Part shown: piece by piece, positions 37,737-48,202 of the stretch
Layout: each line of letters opens with the position of its first letter
How positions within the stretch are numbered: the stretch's first letter is position 1
Assembly (NCBI GenBank): GCA_011605725.1
Contig: JAAOZP010000017.1
Span: 374,354-438,353 of the forward strand
Length of the DNA stretch: 64,000 bases
Origin: Nitrososphaerota archaeon
GTDB taxonomy: Archaea > Thermoproteota > EX4484-205 > JAAOZP01
Direction of reading: 5' to 3'
Notes under the pieces: model-generated
Databases searched by the model: none
What the model was told of the DNA's origin: nothing
Seen by the model: only the letters and a program-made list of their open reading frames with translations
Position numbers and translations under genes: made by a program

Positions 37737-38942
37737 ATGGTTGACCCGTATGAGGTTGAGGACAGGCTTCTTCTTAAAACCTATGTTAAGAGGCGTATAG
37801 CGATAATAAGCGGGAGAGGGTCAGAGGTTTTCGACGATAAGGGCCGGAGGTTTATCGACTTGACTTCAGCCTACGGTGTTGCAATACTCGGACACTCTAA
37901 TCCTGTGATTGTTGAGGCAATCATGAACCAGTTGAAGAAAATATCTTCCTGCCACGGCTCGTTCTACAATGATGCTAGAGCCGAATTCCTGGAGGAAGTG
38001 TCGCGCTTCACACACCGTTTCTTCCACAAGATGATTCTCGTTAACAGTGGCGCTGAAGCCGTTGACCTAGCTATTAAAACAGCCTTCAGGAAAACAGGGA
38101 GAAGCAGGATCGTCGCAGCCAGAAGAGGATTCCACGGTAAGACGCTGGGCGCTCTAAGCGCGACTTGGAACCCTGAGTACAAGAAGGGGCTGGAGCACAT
38201 CATGGGCGAAAAAGTTGTATTCGCAGAGTATGGTGACGCCGAGGATTTGAAAAACAAGGTTGACGAGGAGACTGCAGCAGTTATTCTTGAGCCTGTTCAA
38301 GGAGAAGGCGGGATCAGGATTCCTCCAACCGGTTACTTGAAGGCGGCTAGGGAAATAGCCTCCGACAAGGGAGCACTACTCATACTGGACGAGATTCAGA
38401 CAGGCCTTAGGAGGACAGGAACATTCTTCGCGTTTGAAAAGGAGGATGTTACGCCGGATATTGCTCTCTTAGCCAAGGGGGTGGCTGGGGGGATCCCGGC
38501 TGGAATCACGTTTTTCAGCGAGGAAGCCTCAACAGTCGCCGAACCAGGATTCCATACTTCAACATACGGTGGAAACCCTTTAGCGTGCGCAGCAGGCGCC
38601 GCAACCATGAGGCTTTTAAGGGAGGAAGTCACCAGGGAGAGTGTTGAGGAAAGATCTAGAATATTCTGCGAGAAGCTTGAAACCTTGAAAAACCTAAGGA
38701 TAGTTAGGGAAATAAGGATAAGCGGCCTTATGATAGGGGTCGAGTTGAAAGTAAGGTCTAAGCCTTTCGTAGACATGCTTGAGGAGAAAGGAGTCCTTGC
38801 GTTAACAGCCGGCCCAACAGTAGTGAGGCTACTGCCCCCGCTAAACATACCGTTAAACCTTGTCGACGAAGCTTGCAGCATCATTCTGGAAACGATGAGA
38901 AGCTATGAGTCAAGGCTTGGAAGCAGTGCAGCCGCTGGTTAG
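37737..38942 (+). CDS. lysJ: LysJ/ArgD class III aminotransferase
   Basis: NSGAEA, FHGKT, EPVQGEGG, DEIQTG, AKG, TYGGNPL. Confidence 0.93.
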   Translation: MVDPYEVEDRLLLKTYVKRRIAIISGRGSEVFDDKGRRFIDLTSAYGVAILGHSNPVIVEAIMNQLKKISSCHGSFYNDARAEFLEEVSRFTHRFFHKMILVNSGAEAVDLAIKTAFRKTGRSRIVAARRGFHGKTLGALSATWNPEYKKGLEHIMGEKVVFAEYGDAEDLKNKVDEETAAVILEPVQGEGGIRIPPTGYLKAAREIASDKGALLILDEIQTGLRRTGTFFAFEKEDVTPDIALLAKGVAGGIPAGITFFSEEASTVAEPGFHTSTYGGNPLACAAGAATMRLLREEVTRESVEERSRIFCEKLETLKNLRIVREIRISGLMIGVELKVRSKPFVDMLEEKGVLALTAGPTVVRLLPPLNIPLNLVDEACSIILETMRSYESRLGSSAAAG

Positions 38943-40005
38943 ACTCCTCTCCAAGTATTCGCCAAGCGGGGAGGAGGAAGAGGCTCAGCGAGAAGTCTTC
39001 TCCCTCCTTGTTGAAAACGGCTTTGAAAACGTTAGGAGAGACCCGGCGGGCAATGTTCTCGGGGAGAAGGGGGATGGACATAGGACGCTGCTTTTCTGCT
39101 CTCACGTGGACACTGTGCCAGGGCTTATTGAAGTCAGGCTTGAATCCGGAAGATTATTCGGCAGGGGTGCTGTTGACGCTAAGGCTTCCCTAGCGGCGAT
39201 GGCTCTGGCAGCATCAGGCTACTCGGGGAGAAGCCTGAGACTAGTCTACTCGTCGGTAGTCGGGGAAGAGTCTGACAGCAAGGGGGTTAGGAGGCTTCTT
39301 GAGGAAATCCCAGCCCCGGATTACGTGGTCATAGGGGAGCCGACTGGAATCAGGGCTGCGGCAGTAGCGTACAGGGGGAGTGCAACCGTCAGCTTAAGGG
39401 TTTCAACCCAGGGCGGCCACTCCTCCTCCCCGCTTGACGATTTCAACGCTATTGTTCAAACCATGAGGCTTGTTGAACACGTTAAGACTAGGCTAACCTT
39501 CTCTAAAGACCTTTTTTCAAACATAGGTGTCTCAATAACCATGATTAAAGGAGGATACGGGGATTCTAGAATACCGGATTCAAGCGAGGCACGTTTAAAC
39601 CTGCGCTACCCTCCCCCCATGGGCTTCAAAGAGCTTTCAAGAATTTTCGCCGAAGCCTTGGAAGAGTATGTTGAGAAAGCACGCGGAGCCTTGAGCGTGA
39701 GTTACGAGTTTCTAGACTACCTGGACGGCTATGCTTCAGCCAAGGATCAGGTTATGATTAACGCGGTCAGGGAGGCGGTTAAAGAAACCCTTGGAAGAGA
39801 GCTTCTTCTGGTAAGGAAGCTTGGAACATCAGACTTTAACTATACTGGTTTGAAATGGGGTAGGCCGCAAATAGCATGGGGCCCTGGAGACGCTTCCCTG
39901 GCACACAGCTCCAGGGAGAGCATTACAGTTGAAGAGTTCACGCAGGGTGTTGAAGCCTACAGAAGGTTTCTTAAAAACCTTGATTCAAGCCTAGCCCAGT
40001 TTTGA
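38905..40005 (+). CDS. lysK: LysK/ArgE M20 LysW-lysine/ornithine hydrolase
   Basis: SHVDTVPG, GRGAVDAK, GEE, GEP, GPGD..LAH. Confidence 0.92.
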   Translation: MSQGLEAVQPLVRLLSKYSPSGEEEEAQREVFSLLVENGFENVRRDPAGNVLGEKGDGHRTLLFCSHVDTVPGLIEVRLESGRLFGRGAVDAKASLAAMALAASGYSGRSLRLVYSSVVGEESDSKGVRRLLEEIPAPDYVVIGEPTGIRAAAVAYRGSATVSLRVSTQGGHSSSPLDDFNAIVQTMRLVEHVKTRLTFSKDLFSNIGVSITMIKGGYGDSRIPDSSEARLNLRYPPPMGFKELSRIFAEALEEYVEKARGALSVSYEFLDYLDGYASAKDQVMINAVREAVKETLGRELLLVRKLGTSDFNYTGLKWGRPQIAWGPGDASLAHSSRESITVEEFTQGVEAYRRFLKNLDSSLAQF

Positions 40006-40046
40006 AAAACAATTTTAAAAAACCTCGCGTTTAAAAACCATTCGGA

Positions 40047-40322
40047 TTGATGGTTAGAGCCCATGTGCATGTAAGCGGGAGAGTCCAAGGAGTATTCTTC
40101 AGATACGAGACTAAAAGCCTTGCAGACGAGCTGGGCGTCAAAGGGTGGGTTCGTAACCTTCCAGACGGGAGGGTTGAGGCCGTCTTCGAGGGTGAGGAGA
40201 CGCTTGTTAGGAGAATGATAGATTTCTGCAGAAAAGGGCCGCCGGGAGCAAGAGTTACTGGAGTAGAGATTGAGTGGGAGGAGTATAAGGGAGAGTTTAA
40301 AGGATTCGCCATAAGGCGTTAA
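40047..40322 (+). CDS. acyP: Acylphosphatase
   Basis: [19 protein letters not shown]. Confidence 0.95.
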   Translation: MMVRAHVHVSGRVQGVFFRYETKSLADELGVKGWVRNLPDGRVEAVFEGEETLVRRMIDFCRKGPPGARVTGVEIEWEEYKGEFKGFAIRR

Positions 40323-40375
40323 GCGGAGGCCGGTTTTCAAAACGTTTTTAAAGCTGTGGGGCCGCTGTCTGCCAG

Positions 40376-40822
40376 ATGGTTAGGAAAGTCTTATTCATAT
40401 GCGTGCAGAACAGTTTTAGAAGCCAGGTTGCGGAAGCGTTTTTCAACTTAAACCCTCCGCCAGGCTGGGTTGCGGTTAGCGCCGGTCCAAAGCCCGCTGA
40501 AAAAATAAACCCTAAGGCTGTTCAACTGTTGAAGGAAAAAGGGATAGATGTTTCAGGCAGGAAGCCTAGGAAGCTGACAAGAGAGATGGAGGCTGAGGCG
40601 GATATTGCGGTAATAGTGTGCAGCGGCTCAGAATGCCCCGTCGTAAACGTGAAGCATGTTGAACACTGGGGTTTCGAGGATCCTGCTGAAATGAGTCTGG
40701 AGGAAGCCCGTGAAGTAGTGAACAGGATTGAGGCGAAAGTAAGAGACCTTGCTGAGAGAATAACGAGGGGCGAAGCTCCTTCAGATGATTCTAGTCTTAG
40801 CCTTAGCCTTAGAGGACTCTGA
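40376..40822 (+). CDS. Arsenate reductase / LMW-PTP family protein
   Basis: LFICVQNSFRSQVAE, SAG, W.FEDP. Confidence 0.88.
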   Translation: MVRKVLFICVQNSFRSQVAEAFFNLNPPPGWVAVSAGPKPAEKINPKAVQLLKEKGIDVSGRKPRKLTREMEAEADIAVIVCSGSECPVVNVKHVEHWGFEDPAEMSLEEAREVVNRIEAKVRDLAERITRGEAPSDDSSLSLSLRGL

Positions 40823-40874
40823 AGCCATTTCCTGATTCTAACAGCCTTTGACGCGCATAAACTTTTTTATAAAA

Positions 40875-41978
40875 CTATTTGTAGACGGCAAGCGGCTTCC
40901 CGAGAATCTCAGCATCCAGCTCCTCAAGCCCCAGTCCGCTTCCTTTAGGGAAAAGCCGCATTGAGCCTGAAACCGTTACCCCGCCCTTCTTAACCAGCTT
41001 GTCGGCGTGAAGAAGGTCGCAGTCCAAGTCGGCAAACTCTATGTTTCTAACTCCAGCTGCTAAATGGGCTCCGGCTGCAATACCTATTTCAGACTCGCTC
41101 ATGCACCCTACCATGCAGGATACTCCTGCAGCCTCAGCCACGTCGGATATTTTCCTAGCCTTCAATATTCCACCGCTCTTCGCAAGCTTAATGTTTATCA
41201 TGTCGACAGCCTCCTCACGGATAAGCCTCAACGCGTCAGAGGGTGAATGAACGCTCTCATCAGCCATAACCGGTATTGGAGAATCCCTTCTAACCCTAGC
41301 CAAGCCCTTCACATCGTGAGCGGGCACAGGCTGCTCGACAAACCGTATCCTAAACTTCTCCACCCTGTTTAAGACTTCAACCGCCTGGTCTGGGCTCCAG
41401 CCCTCGTTCGCGTCAACCCTTATCTCAACACCCTCTCCGACAGCCTCGCGAACCATCCTTATTCTCTCAACATCCTCCGAAGGGTTTACACCAACCTTAA
41501 CCTTAAGAGCCCTGAAGCCTTTCTCAACAGCCTTAACAGCGTCGGCAGCCATCTCCCTCGGAGTCTTAATGCTTAAAGTGAAATCGGTTAAAACCTGGGT
41601 TCTGAATCCCCCTAGAAGCATGAAAAGCGGTTTCCCAGCGGTCTTCCCAAGAATATCGTGTAGAGCAGTATCTATAGCAGCCTTAGCAGCAGGATTACCC
41701 TCGACAACCCGATCCATCATTTCAACGTTCTGCTCAACCCGGAGAGGACACATGCCGATAAGCCTAGGCGCGATCCTAGACAAGACTTCTAAAACAGTTT
41801 CAACAGTCTCTCCAGTGACTCGTTTAGATGGAGAAGCCTCACCCCAGCCTTCAACACCATAGTCCGTGACTATCCTCACCACAATGTTACGGCTCTTCTC
41901 ACTCGAGCCCGGAGCTATCCGGAAGGGTTCGAAATACCTTAGAGTCACAGAGTAAACCTCTACTCGTTCAATCCCCAT
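40875..41978 (-). CDS. Dipeptide epimerase (L-Ala-D/L-Glu epimerase family, enolase superfamily)
   Basis: GWGEA, KVK, DANEGW, EQP, ADES, NIKLAK, DLD. Confidence 0.9.
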   Translation of the reverse strand: MGIERVEVYSVTLRYFEPFRIAPGSSEKSRNIVVRIVTDYGVEGWGEASPSKRVTGETVETVLEVLSRIAPRLIGMCPLRVEQNVEMMDRVVEGNPAAKAAIDTALHDILGKTAGKPLFMLLGGFRTQVLTDFTLSIKTPREMAADAVKAVEKGFRALKVKVGVNPSEDVERIRMVREAVGEGVEIRVDANEGWSPDQAVEVLNRVEKFRIRFVEQPVPAHDVKGLARVRRDSPIPVMADESVHSPSDALRLIREEAVDMINIKLAKSGGILKARKISDVAEAAGVSCMVGCMSESEIGIAAGAHLAAGVRNIEFADLDCDLLHADKLVKKGGVTVSGSMRLFPKGSGLGLEELDAEILGKPLAVYK

Positions 41979-42014
41979 CTTACTCAGACCATCCCAGGTG
42001 GGGCAGGAGGGTTT

Positions 42015-43289
42015 TCAACCGGACGTTGCACCAGGCACTTCGAAACCCCTGTTCTTAAGGTATTCCTGAATCTTCTTCTTAACGTCCTCCGGCACCTCAT
42101 GTTTAAAAGGAAAGCTTTCCGCGTTAGATATCCGTATGAGGAACTCACGGACAATCATCCCGATCATCTTGAAGCCGACGGGTGCTGTAAACCTCGCGTC
42201 ATCATCAGGAGTATGACCATACACTCCAGCACCGCTTCTCCTGAAGAAGTTTACAGACGGCACTCCCTTGTTGGAGAAGGGAACACTGTCAGAACTGTAA
42301 ACATCCTGCGACACGGAGAGGTTTACGCCAAGCTCCTTCGACATTATTTCCAGATAAGTCTTCACCTCAGCTGGACCAGTAACCACAGAGTTACAGCCGC
42401 CTATCGCACCCCCGTTCACATCCAGGTTTATCATCATCATTATTTTCTCAACCTCATCCTTATGCTTCTCCACATAGTTGAAAGACCCTTTGAGCCCAAG
42501 CTCCTCGCCTGAGAAGAAAACAAACCTCACTGTCCTTTTCAAATCAAGGCTTCTGACGGATTTCGCCAGCTCCATCAGTAGAGCAACACCGCCAGCGTTA
42601 TCAATACCGCCTTTCACGCCGTAAACAGTATCGTAGTGGGCTCCGACGACAATCATCTCCTCAGGATACTTAACCCCCTTTTTCTCCACCACTATGTTGC
42701 AAGTGTCAGCGTCAAACTCATCCTGCGTGAGAACCAGCCTAGCCTTGGAAGCATTGTTTCTAACGAGTCTAAACGCGTCTTCAAAACTTATGAAGACAGT
42801 AGGCACCCTGAACCTCCTGCTTACTTCGAAAGGCCTATCAACCTGAGAAGGCTTCCTGAAAGGAGTGCCCTCGCTTATAACAATCCCTGAAGGCTCATAC
42901 TTGGAAAGCTCAAACAGCTTTTCAACAGTCGGCAGCGACTCTGAGAAAAGAAGTATCTCTCCCCTTGTTCCAGACAGCAGCAGCGGGTCGCCGGTCTCAA
43001 CGTATCGGAGAGGAGCAACAACCCCTTCCTCAGGAGTCGACCCGCTAAACCCGACACCCCGACAGTCAATCTGCCCGCTCCAAGGCTCCAGAACGTGAAG
43101 CTCGTTCCTCAGAATCCTGAAGGTTTTAACAGTGAACTCTTCAAGCAGCGTCGCGTAGCCTGCTTTCTCCATGATGCTAATAATGTATTTACAAGCCTCT
43201 TTCTCACCAGGAGTCCCCGCAAGCCTCTCGTACGAGGCTAAGCCCATTAGGAAGCTGTGCGCCTCCTCCTCCAGGAACTCGCTGCTCAT
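42015..43289 (-). CDS. M28 aminopeptidase with PA domain
   Basis: GAHYD, DNAGG, GEELGL.GS, NLD, SDS..F, HT..D. Confidence 0.9.
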   Translation of the reverse strand: MSSEFLEEEAHSFLMGLASYERLAGTPGEKEACKYIISIMEKAGYATLLEEFTVKTFRILRNELHVLEPWSGQIDCRGVGFSGSTPEEGVVAPLRYVETGDPLLLSGTRGEILLFSESLPTVEKLFELSKYEPSGIVISEGTPFRKPSQVDRPFEVSRRFRVPTVFISFEDAFRLVRNNASKARLVLTQDEFDADTCNIVVEKKGVKYPEEMIVVGAHYDTVYGVKGGIDNAGGVALLMELAKSVRSLDLKRTVRFVFFSGEELGLKGSFNYVEKHKDEVEKIMMMINLDVNGGAIGGCNSVVTGPAEVKTYLEIMSKELGVNLSVSQDVYSSDSVPFSNKGVPSVNFFRRSGAGVYGHTPDDDARFTAPVGFKMIGMIVREFLIRISNAESFPFKHEVPEDVKKKIQEYLKNRGFEVPGATSG

Positions 43290-43401
43290 TAAGGCTTAAC
43301 AATGAGCCAGCAAGTTAAAAACGTTGCGAAACCCGGAGGAGTTAAACAAGGGATTAAGCATTGAAGAAAAATTTATTTTCAACATTAATGTAGCCCGGGT
43401 G

Positions 43402-44514
43402 ATGAACAAGAGGGAGAGACTGCTTAGAACACTGCAGTTTAAAGAGGTTGACAGGGTTCCCGACTATGAGTTCGGCTACTGGAGTGAAACAATAGACCGT
43501 TGGCATGCTGAAGGCCTACCCCTGCACCTTCACACTATTGGAGATGTTGAAGACTTTTTCATGCTTGAAGGCTGGGACACGATAGACATGCTTCCGGTGA
43601 ACACTGGACTATGGCCCCCGCCGCCGGCGAGAAAAATCAGGGAGTTCGACGACAAGGAGGTTATTGACGATGGTTTAGGCGGAGTCTACATTAGGAAGAA
43701 ATGGACCTCCACGATTCCGCAATACTTAAGGTACCCGATTAGAAGCAGGGAGGACTGGGAGAAAATAAGGCCGTTCTTCAACCCGGATACTCCGGGTAGA
43801 ATGCCTTTAAGCTACGAGGAGATAATAAACGTCTACAGGGAGAGAGACTATCCCTTAGGCATAAGCGTCGGAAGCCTCTACGGCTGGCTGAGAAACCTGA
43901 TGGGTGTCCAGGGAATCTCAATAGCCTTCTACAGGGATCCTGACTGGGTGGCTGAAATGATGGATACGCTGGTAAACCTCTGGATAAAAATGATTCGAAA
44001 AGCCTTGAGAAACATCAGGGTTGACTTCGCAACATGGTGGGAAGACATGGCTTACAACATGGGGCCGCTTCTCTCAGTCAGGCTTTTCGAAGAATTCATG
44101 GTTCCAAGGTATAAGAAGGTGACGGACGTTTTAAAAGAGTACGATGTTGAAATAAACATTCTGGACTGCGACGGGAAGATAGATGAGCTTGTCCCAGGAT
44201 GGTTGAAAGCAGGGATAAACTGCATGTTCCCGATTGAAGCGAAATACACGAGCCCCGTGAAGCTTAGAGAACAATACGGGGAAAAGATTCTCCTAATGGG
44301 AGGAGTTAACAAGCTCGCGCTCATCGAGGGGCCGAGGGCAATAGACAGGGAGCTTGAAAACCTTTCGCAGCTTGTGAAGGAAGGAGGATACATACCTATG
44401 GTTGACCACAGGGTTCCGCCGGACGTGTCGCTAAGCAACTACGTGTATTATTTGAAGGCTAAGAGGAGGATGATAGGGAGGAGAGAGGAGCTGCCGTATC
44501 CGAAAACCGTTTAA
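43402..44514 (+). CDS. Uroporphyrinogen decarboxylase / MtaA-like TIM-barrel protein
   Basis: EDMAY..GPLLS, DCDG, GGVNK, GGYIP..DHRVPPDV; ATG 43402 chosen. Confidence 0.82.
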   Translation: MNKRERLLRTLQFKEVDRVPDYEFGYWSETIDRWHAEGLPLHLHTIGDVEDFFMLEGWDTIDMLPVNTGLWPPPPARKIREFDDKEVIDDGLGGVYIRKKWTSTIPQYLRYPIRSREDWEKIRPFFNPDTPGRMPLSYEEIINVYRERDYPLGISVGSLYGWLRNLMGVQGISIAFYRDPDWVAEMMDTLVNLWIKMIRKALRNIRVDFATWWEDMAYNMGPLLSVRLFEEFMVPRYKKVTDVLKEYDVEINILDCDGKIDELVPGWLKAGINCMFPIEAKYTSPVKLREQYGEKILLMGGVNKLALIEGPRAIDRELENLSQLVKEGGYIPMVDHRVPPDVSLSNYVYYLKAKRRMIGRREELPYPKTV

Positions 44515-44646
44515 AGAACCCGTCTTAAACAGCCTAGGATTCAACATTCCTCTGCGGCACTAAGGCTTAATGCGTCATATTTTACTCTCATAGTGGTTCT
44601 AAAGAGGCTAAACATGGTGAGCTACCGGGAGAATACAGTCTAATAG

Positions 44647-45537
44647 TTAATAGTAGCCCAGTGTTCCCTTCTTCAAAACCCGCCTCTCTTCTCTGGCAAA
44701 TATCATTATCCCTGCCGACAACCAGAAAACGTCGAAGAAAATCAACGGTACTGCAAGCCCCATTACCTCGTTCAAGCCTGAATCCATTATCAGCAGGCTC
44801 CTCATCCCCTCTATCGCGTAAGTCGGTGGAAGCAGGTAGGAGAAGTATCTCAAGACCGGTGGAAGAACGCTCAGCGGATAGGATATTGGGAGAAGCAGCC
44901 CTAGAAGAGAGCTTAGGAAATTGACGAAAGCACTGTGCTCTTTAAAATCCAGAACTACACCGGCGAGCGAGAAACCTATGCCGATGAAACTCGGCAGGGC
45001 GACTAGGAAGAAGAGCATTGCGAAAGGCAGGTTTAAGAACTTCACGTTCAAGCCGAATACTAACGATACTAGGCTTATCTGCAGGAAAACCCATAGGGAG
45101 GTTGTCAGCATCGAGCTAAAAGCCTTTCCTAAAAGAATGGAAAACCTGCTGCACGGCGCTAGGAAGGTTGATTCAAGAGTCCCGCTCCACTGTTCGCCTC
45201 TTAAAGCATAGCTCATCCCCCAGAGGGTTGAGTAGGCGAAGCTTGAAACAATCATCCCGACTATCGTGAAGGAAACATAGTCCCCAGTGTTAGCCAGCCT
45301 TGCCAGGTTTTCCGAGTAGGGTGAGCCTACTAGAGCCCTTCCGTATATCACTAGTGAAAGAACCCAGAGCAGAGGCATTAAAGCGTCGAAAAGCACCCAA
45401 ACCGGGTATCTTAAGTAGAGCACAAGCTCCTTCTTCAAAACGACGCCGACAACCCTAGCCTCGTCAAAAAGACCCAATGCCCCACCACCCTCAGTAGGCT
45501 TCAACCGCACCCCTCCTCCTAACCTTTTTCTCAACAA
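44647..45537 (-). CDS. ABC-2 exporter permease
   Basis: EQWSGTLE, multiple TM helices, YPLSVLP. Confidence 0.9.
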   Translation of the reverse strand: MLRKRLGGGVRLKPTEGGGALGLFDEARVVGVVLKKELVLYLRYPVWVLFDALMPLLWVLSLVIYGRALVGSPYSENLARLANTGDYVSFTIVGMIVSSFAYSTLWGMSYALRGEQWSGTLESTFLAPCSRFSILLGKAFSSMLTTSLWVFLQISLVSLVFGLNVKFLNLPFAMLFFLVALPSFIGIGFSLAGVVLDFKEHSAFVNFLSSLLGLLLPISYPLSVLPPVLRYFSYLLPPTYAIEGMRSLLIMDSGLNEVMGLAVPLIFFDVFWLSAGIMIFAREERRVLKKGTLGYY

Positions 45538-46360
45538 CGCTGAACAGGAGCATGCCCAGGGTTAGAAATACTAGGGTTACTGCAGCAAGATAGGAAAGGG
45601 CTATTGCAACGTTCAAGTAGGGGTTGAACGATGGTAGAAGAAAAGCTCTTACAGCCTCTAAAGCAGGCGTCAAGGGGAACACGATGCTCACCATAGCAAC
45701 ATAGTAGCCCACGCCCCCGAAGAAAAGCATCAGCGTCCTTAAAGGATAGTTAACCGGGCAGACAGTATATATCAGGGTGTCGACGAAGTTCAGCAACGCA
45801 CCCGGCTCCCTGTACATTAGAATTAAACCGGAGAGAATAAGCCCAATGCCGTAAAGAGCCAGGATCATCAGCAATACTGCTGAGACTGCGAAAAACAGGT
45901 TCTCCACCCTTATCCTGGCTCCGAAGAGGAGGCTGGCAAGGGCGAACTGAACAGCCGCGTAGAAGGTTGTCAAAACGCTGTCCGACAAAGCTTTCCCAAA
46001 CAGTATTGAGAACCTGCTGCAGGGTGCAATTAGGATTGTCTCCAACGTTCCTCCCCACTGTTCCCTTCTCAGAGAGAGCCCTGTCCCCCATAGGGCTGAC
46101 ATGACGTAAGCATAGAGCGAGCTTCCGATTATCGTGAAGGTTACGTAGTCGGAGCTTCCGGCGAGCTCTCTGAACGATTCTGACAACCTTCCCCCGACGA
46201 GGGCGTGTCCCTGGAATACGAAGGGTGCCAGCCAGAAAATCGGCATTATCGCCCAGAAAACAACCCAGAGAGGATACCGTAGGTTGATCAGTATCTCTTT
46301 CCTGGCTGTTGAAACCGCAGCCTTAAGCTCCAGAATCATGCTCGCTGCATCCAGCTTCAA
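45491..46360 (-). CDS. ABC-2 exporter permease
   Basis: EQWGGTLE, multiple TM helices; paralogous to its neighbour. Confidence 0.9.
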   Translation of the reverse strand: MKLDAASMILELKAAVSTARKEILINLRYPLWVVFWAIMPIFWLAPFVFQGHALVGGRLSESFRELAGSSDYVTFTIIGSSLYAYVMSALWGTGLSLRREQWGGTLETILIAPCSRFSILFGKALSDSVLTTFYAAVQFALASLLFGARIRVENLFFAVSAVLLMILALYGIGLILSGLILMYREPGALLNFVDTLIYTVCPVNYPLRTLMLFFGGVGYYVAMVSIVFPLTPALEAVRAFLLPSFNPYLNVAIALSYLAAVTLVFLTLGMLLFSVVEKKVRRRGAVEAY

Positions 46361-47382
46361 CCGTCCAACACCTCTCCGGTAAGCTTCACGAAAACATCCT
46401 CGAGAGTCGGCTTCTCAATGCTTAGGGAGAAAATCCGGCAGCCTGCTTTAGAAAAGACTCCCACAACCTCCTGAATATTAGCGTCAACATTCTTCATGTA
46501 CAGTCTAACCATGGTTCTGCCGTCTTGCTCAGCATTAGCCACTCCACAGTCTTCTATAAACGGTAGGCCTCTAACCATGGTTAAAACTTTCTCATCCAGG
46601 TTGCTCACAACTATCTTTAAAACCTCGTTCATACCGATCATGGCTTTCAGCTTCTCCGGTGAATCCACAGCAACTATCCTACCCTTGTTTATGAAAGCAA
46701 CCCTGTCGCACATCTGGTCAGCCTCATCCATGTAATGAGTTGTGAGAAGTATGGTTTTACCCTGCTTCCTGTTAAGCTCCTCCCTTATGAAAACACGTAT
46801 GCTTCTTGAGAAACTGGGGTCTAGGCCTAATGTCGGCTCGTCCAGAAGAAGAACCTCAGGGTCGTGCAGTATCGCTCTGGCAATAGCGAGCTTCTGCCTC
46901 ATTCCGCCGGAGTATTTCTCAACAAGCTCGTCAGCCCTATCCTCAAGCCCCATAAGGCTCAGCAGCTCACTAATCCGCCTTCTAGCAACGCCGTCAGGAA
47001 CCTTGTAGAGCCTCGCGAAATACTCCAGGTTCTCCCTTGCCGTAAGCCTCCAGTAAAGAGACCTCTCTCCGCTTGAAACAACCCCGATGGAAGCCCTTAC
47101 TTTCCCAGGCTCTTTTAAAACATCATGCCCATTGACTAAAGCAGTACCGGCATCCGGAATAATGATCGTGCTAAGTATTTTCACCAGCGTCGTTTTACCA
47201 GCCCCGTTAGGCCCAAGCAGGCCGAAAAGCTCACCCTTTTTAACGCTTAAGTCAACATCGTCGAGAGCCACAATCGTCTCGGAACTCTTCCTTCTAAACG
47301 GGAACCCACCCTCCTCCTTTCTATAGACCTTCCTCAGCCTTTTCGCGACAACCGAGTACTCAAGCATCACGTGAAAAACCAT
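46357..47382 (-). CDS. ABC exporter ATP-binding subunit
   Basis: GPNGAGKTT, YSGGM, LLLDEPT, TTH. Confidence 0.95.
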   Translation of the reverse strand: MVFHVMLEYSVVAKRLRKVYRKEEGGFPFRRKSSETIVALDDVDLSVKKGELFGLLGPNGAGKTTLVKILSTIIIPDAGTALVNGHDVLKEPGKVRASIGVVSSGERSLYWRLTARENLEYFARLYKVPDGVARRRISELLSLMGLEDRADELVEKYSGGMRQKLAIARAILHDPEVLLLDEPTLGLDPSFSRSIRVFIREELNRKQGKTILLTTHYMDEADQMCDRVAFINKGRIVAVDSPEKLKAMIGMNEVLKIVVSNLDEKVLTMVRGLPFIEDCGVANAEQDGRTMVRLYMKNVDANIQEVVGVFSKAGCRIFSLSIEKPTLEDVFVKLTGEVLDG

Positions 47383-47519
47383 GGTAACAATATTAAACTT
47401 TAATCATCGTTTCCATCTTTAAAACACACTGGGGAAATACGCGTATTCTTCTTAACACACACTACGCGGAGTCCAGTATGACAATGACTCCCACCCTTTT
47501 CCTCCCGAAGGCCTCATAC

Positions 47520-48130
47520 AGGACAGCGCGCGCCCACACCTTCACCGTAATGAATCTTAACAGTTGGAAGAACCCTCGTCCTCAGGCGTAGCGCGCTGGG
47601 ATTTTTCAACAATTCCCCCTGGAAGCCTTCAAAACCCTGTAGCCGAGCAGGATGACAGCCACGCCAAGAATGAAGACAGCGGCGCAGGCTTCCCACCCTT
47701 TATGGAGGAAACGTTAACCATGAAAACCATGCTGCCGAGCACAGCCAAGCCCCCGTAGACTAGTGCGACGAGCCTAACGGACCTAAGCCTCCTCGCCGCA
47801 GCCGTGAAACACGTCCAGACGATTAGGAAAACACTAGGATAAGCTGGCCCGCGGCAAACCCGGGCAGGGATAGAGCTTTCTCCAGGAAACCGCTTACAAT
47901 GCTGGAGGACCCGGGGAGAGCAAGCATGCCCAGCGCTAGGCTGAGAAGCGCGAGAACAGTAAGCCTCTCCACGGGACACCAGCATAGCATGCTCCGCGCG
48001 ACATTAAAGCCTTACGCTCAACACTGGTTAGACGGTTGGCGACTGGGTTGGGAAACCCTACCGTTATGTTGGACTTATTCAACCTCCTGGGCGCGCGCGT
48101 GATCCAGGCGCCGCCATGTTTTCAACCATC
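47520..48130 (-). pseudogene. Mosaic of membrane-protein and other gene remnants
   Basis: Broken hydrophobic frames (LTVLALLSLALGMLALP; VFLIVWTCFTAAARRL..VALVYGGLAVLGSM) and an RBS+ATG start near 48128 cut by a GCGCGCGC tract. Confidence 0.45.
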
Positions 48131-48202
48131 CTCCAGCCGGGGAAAGTTTTTCGTTAAAGCCTTATGTACTGTTCCCAACGCCTCCCCGGGAGGGAGAAGG
48201 GG

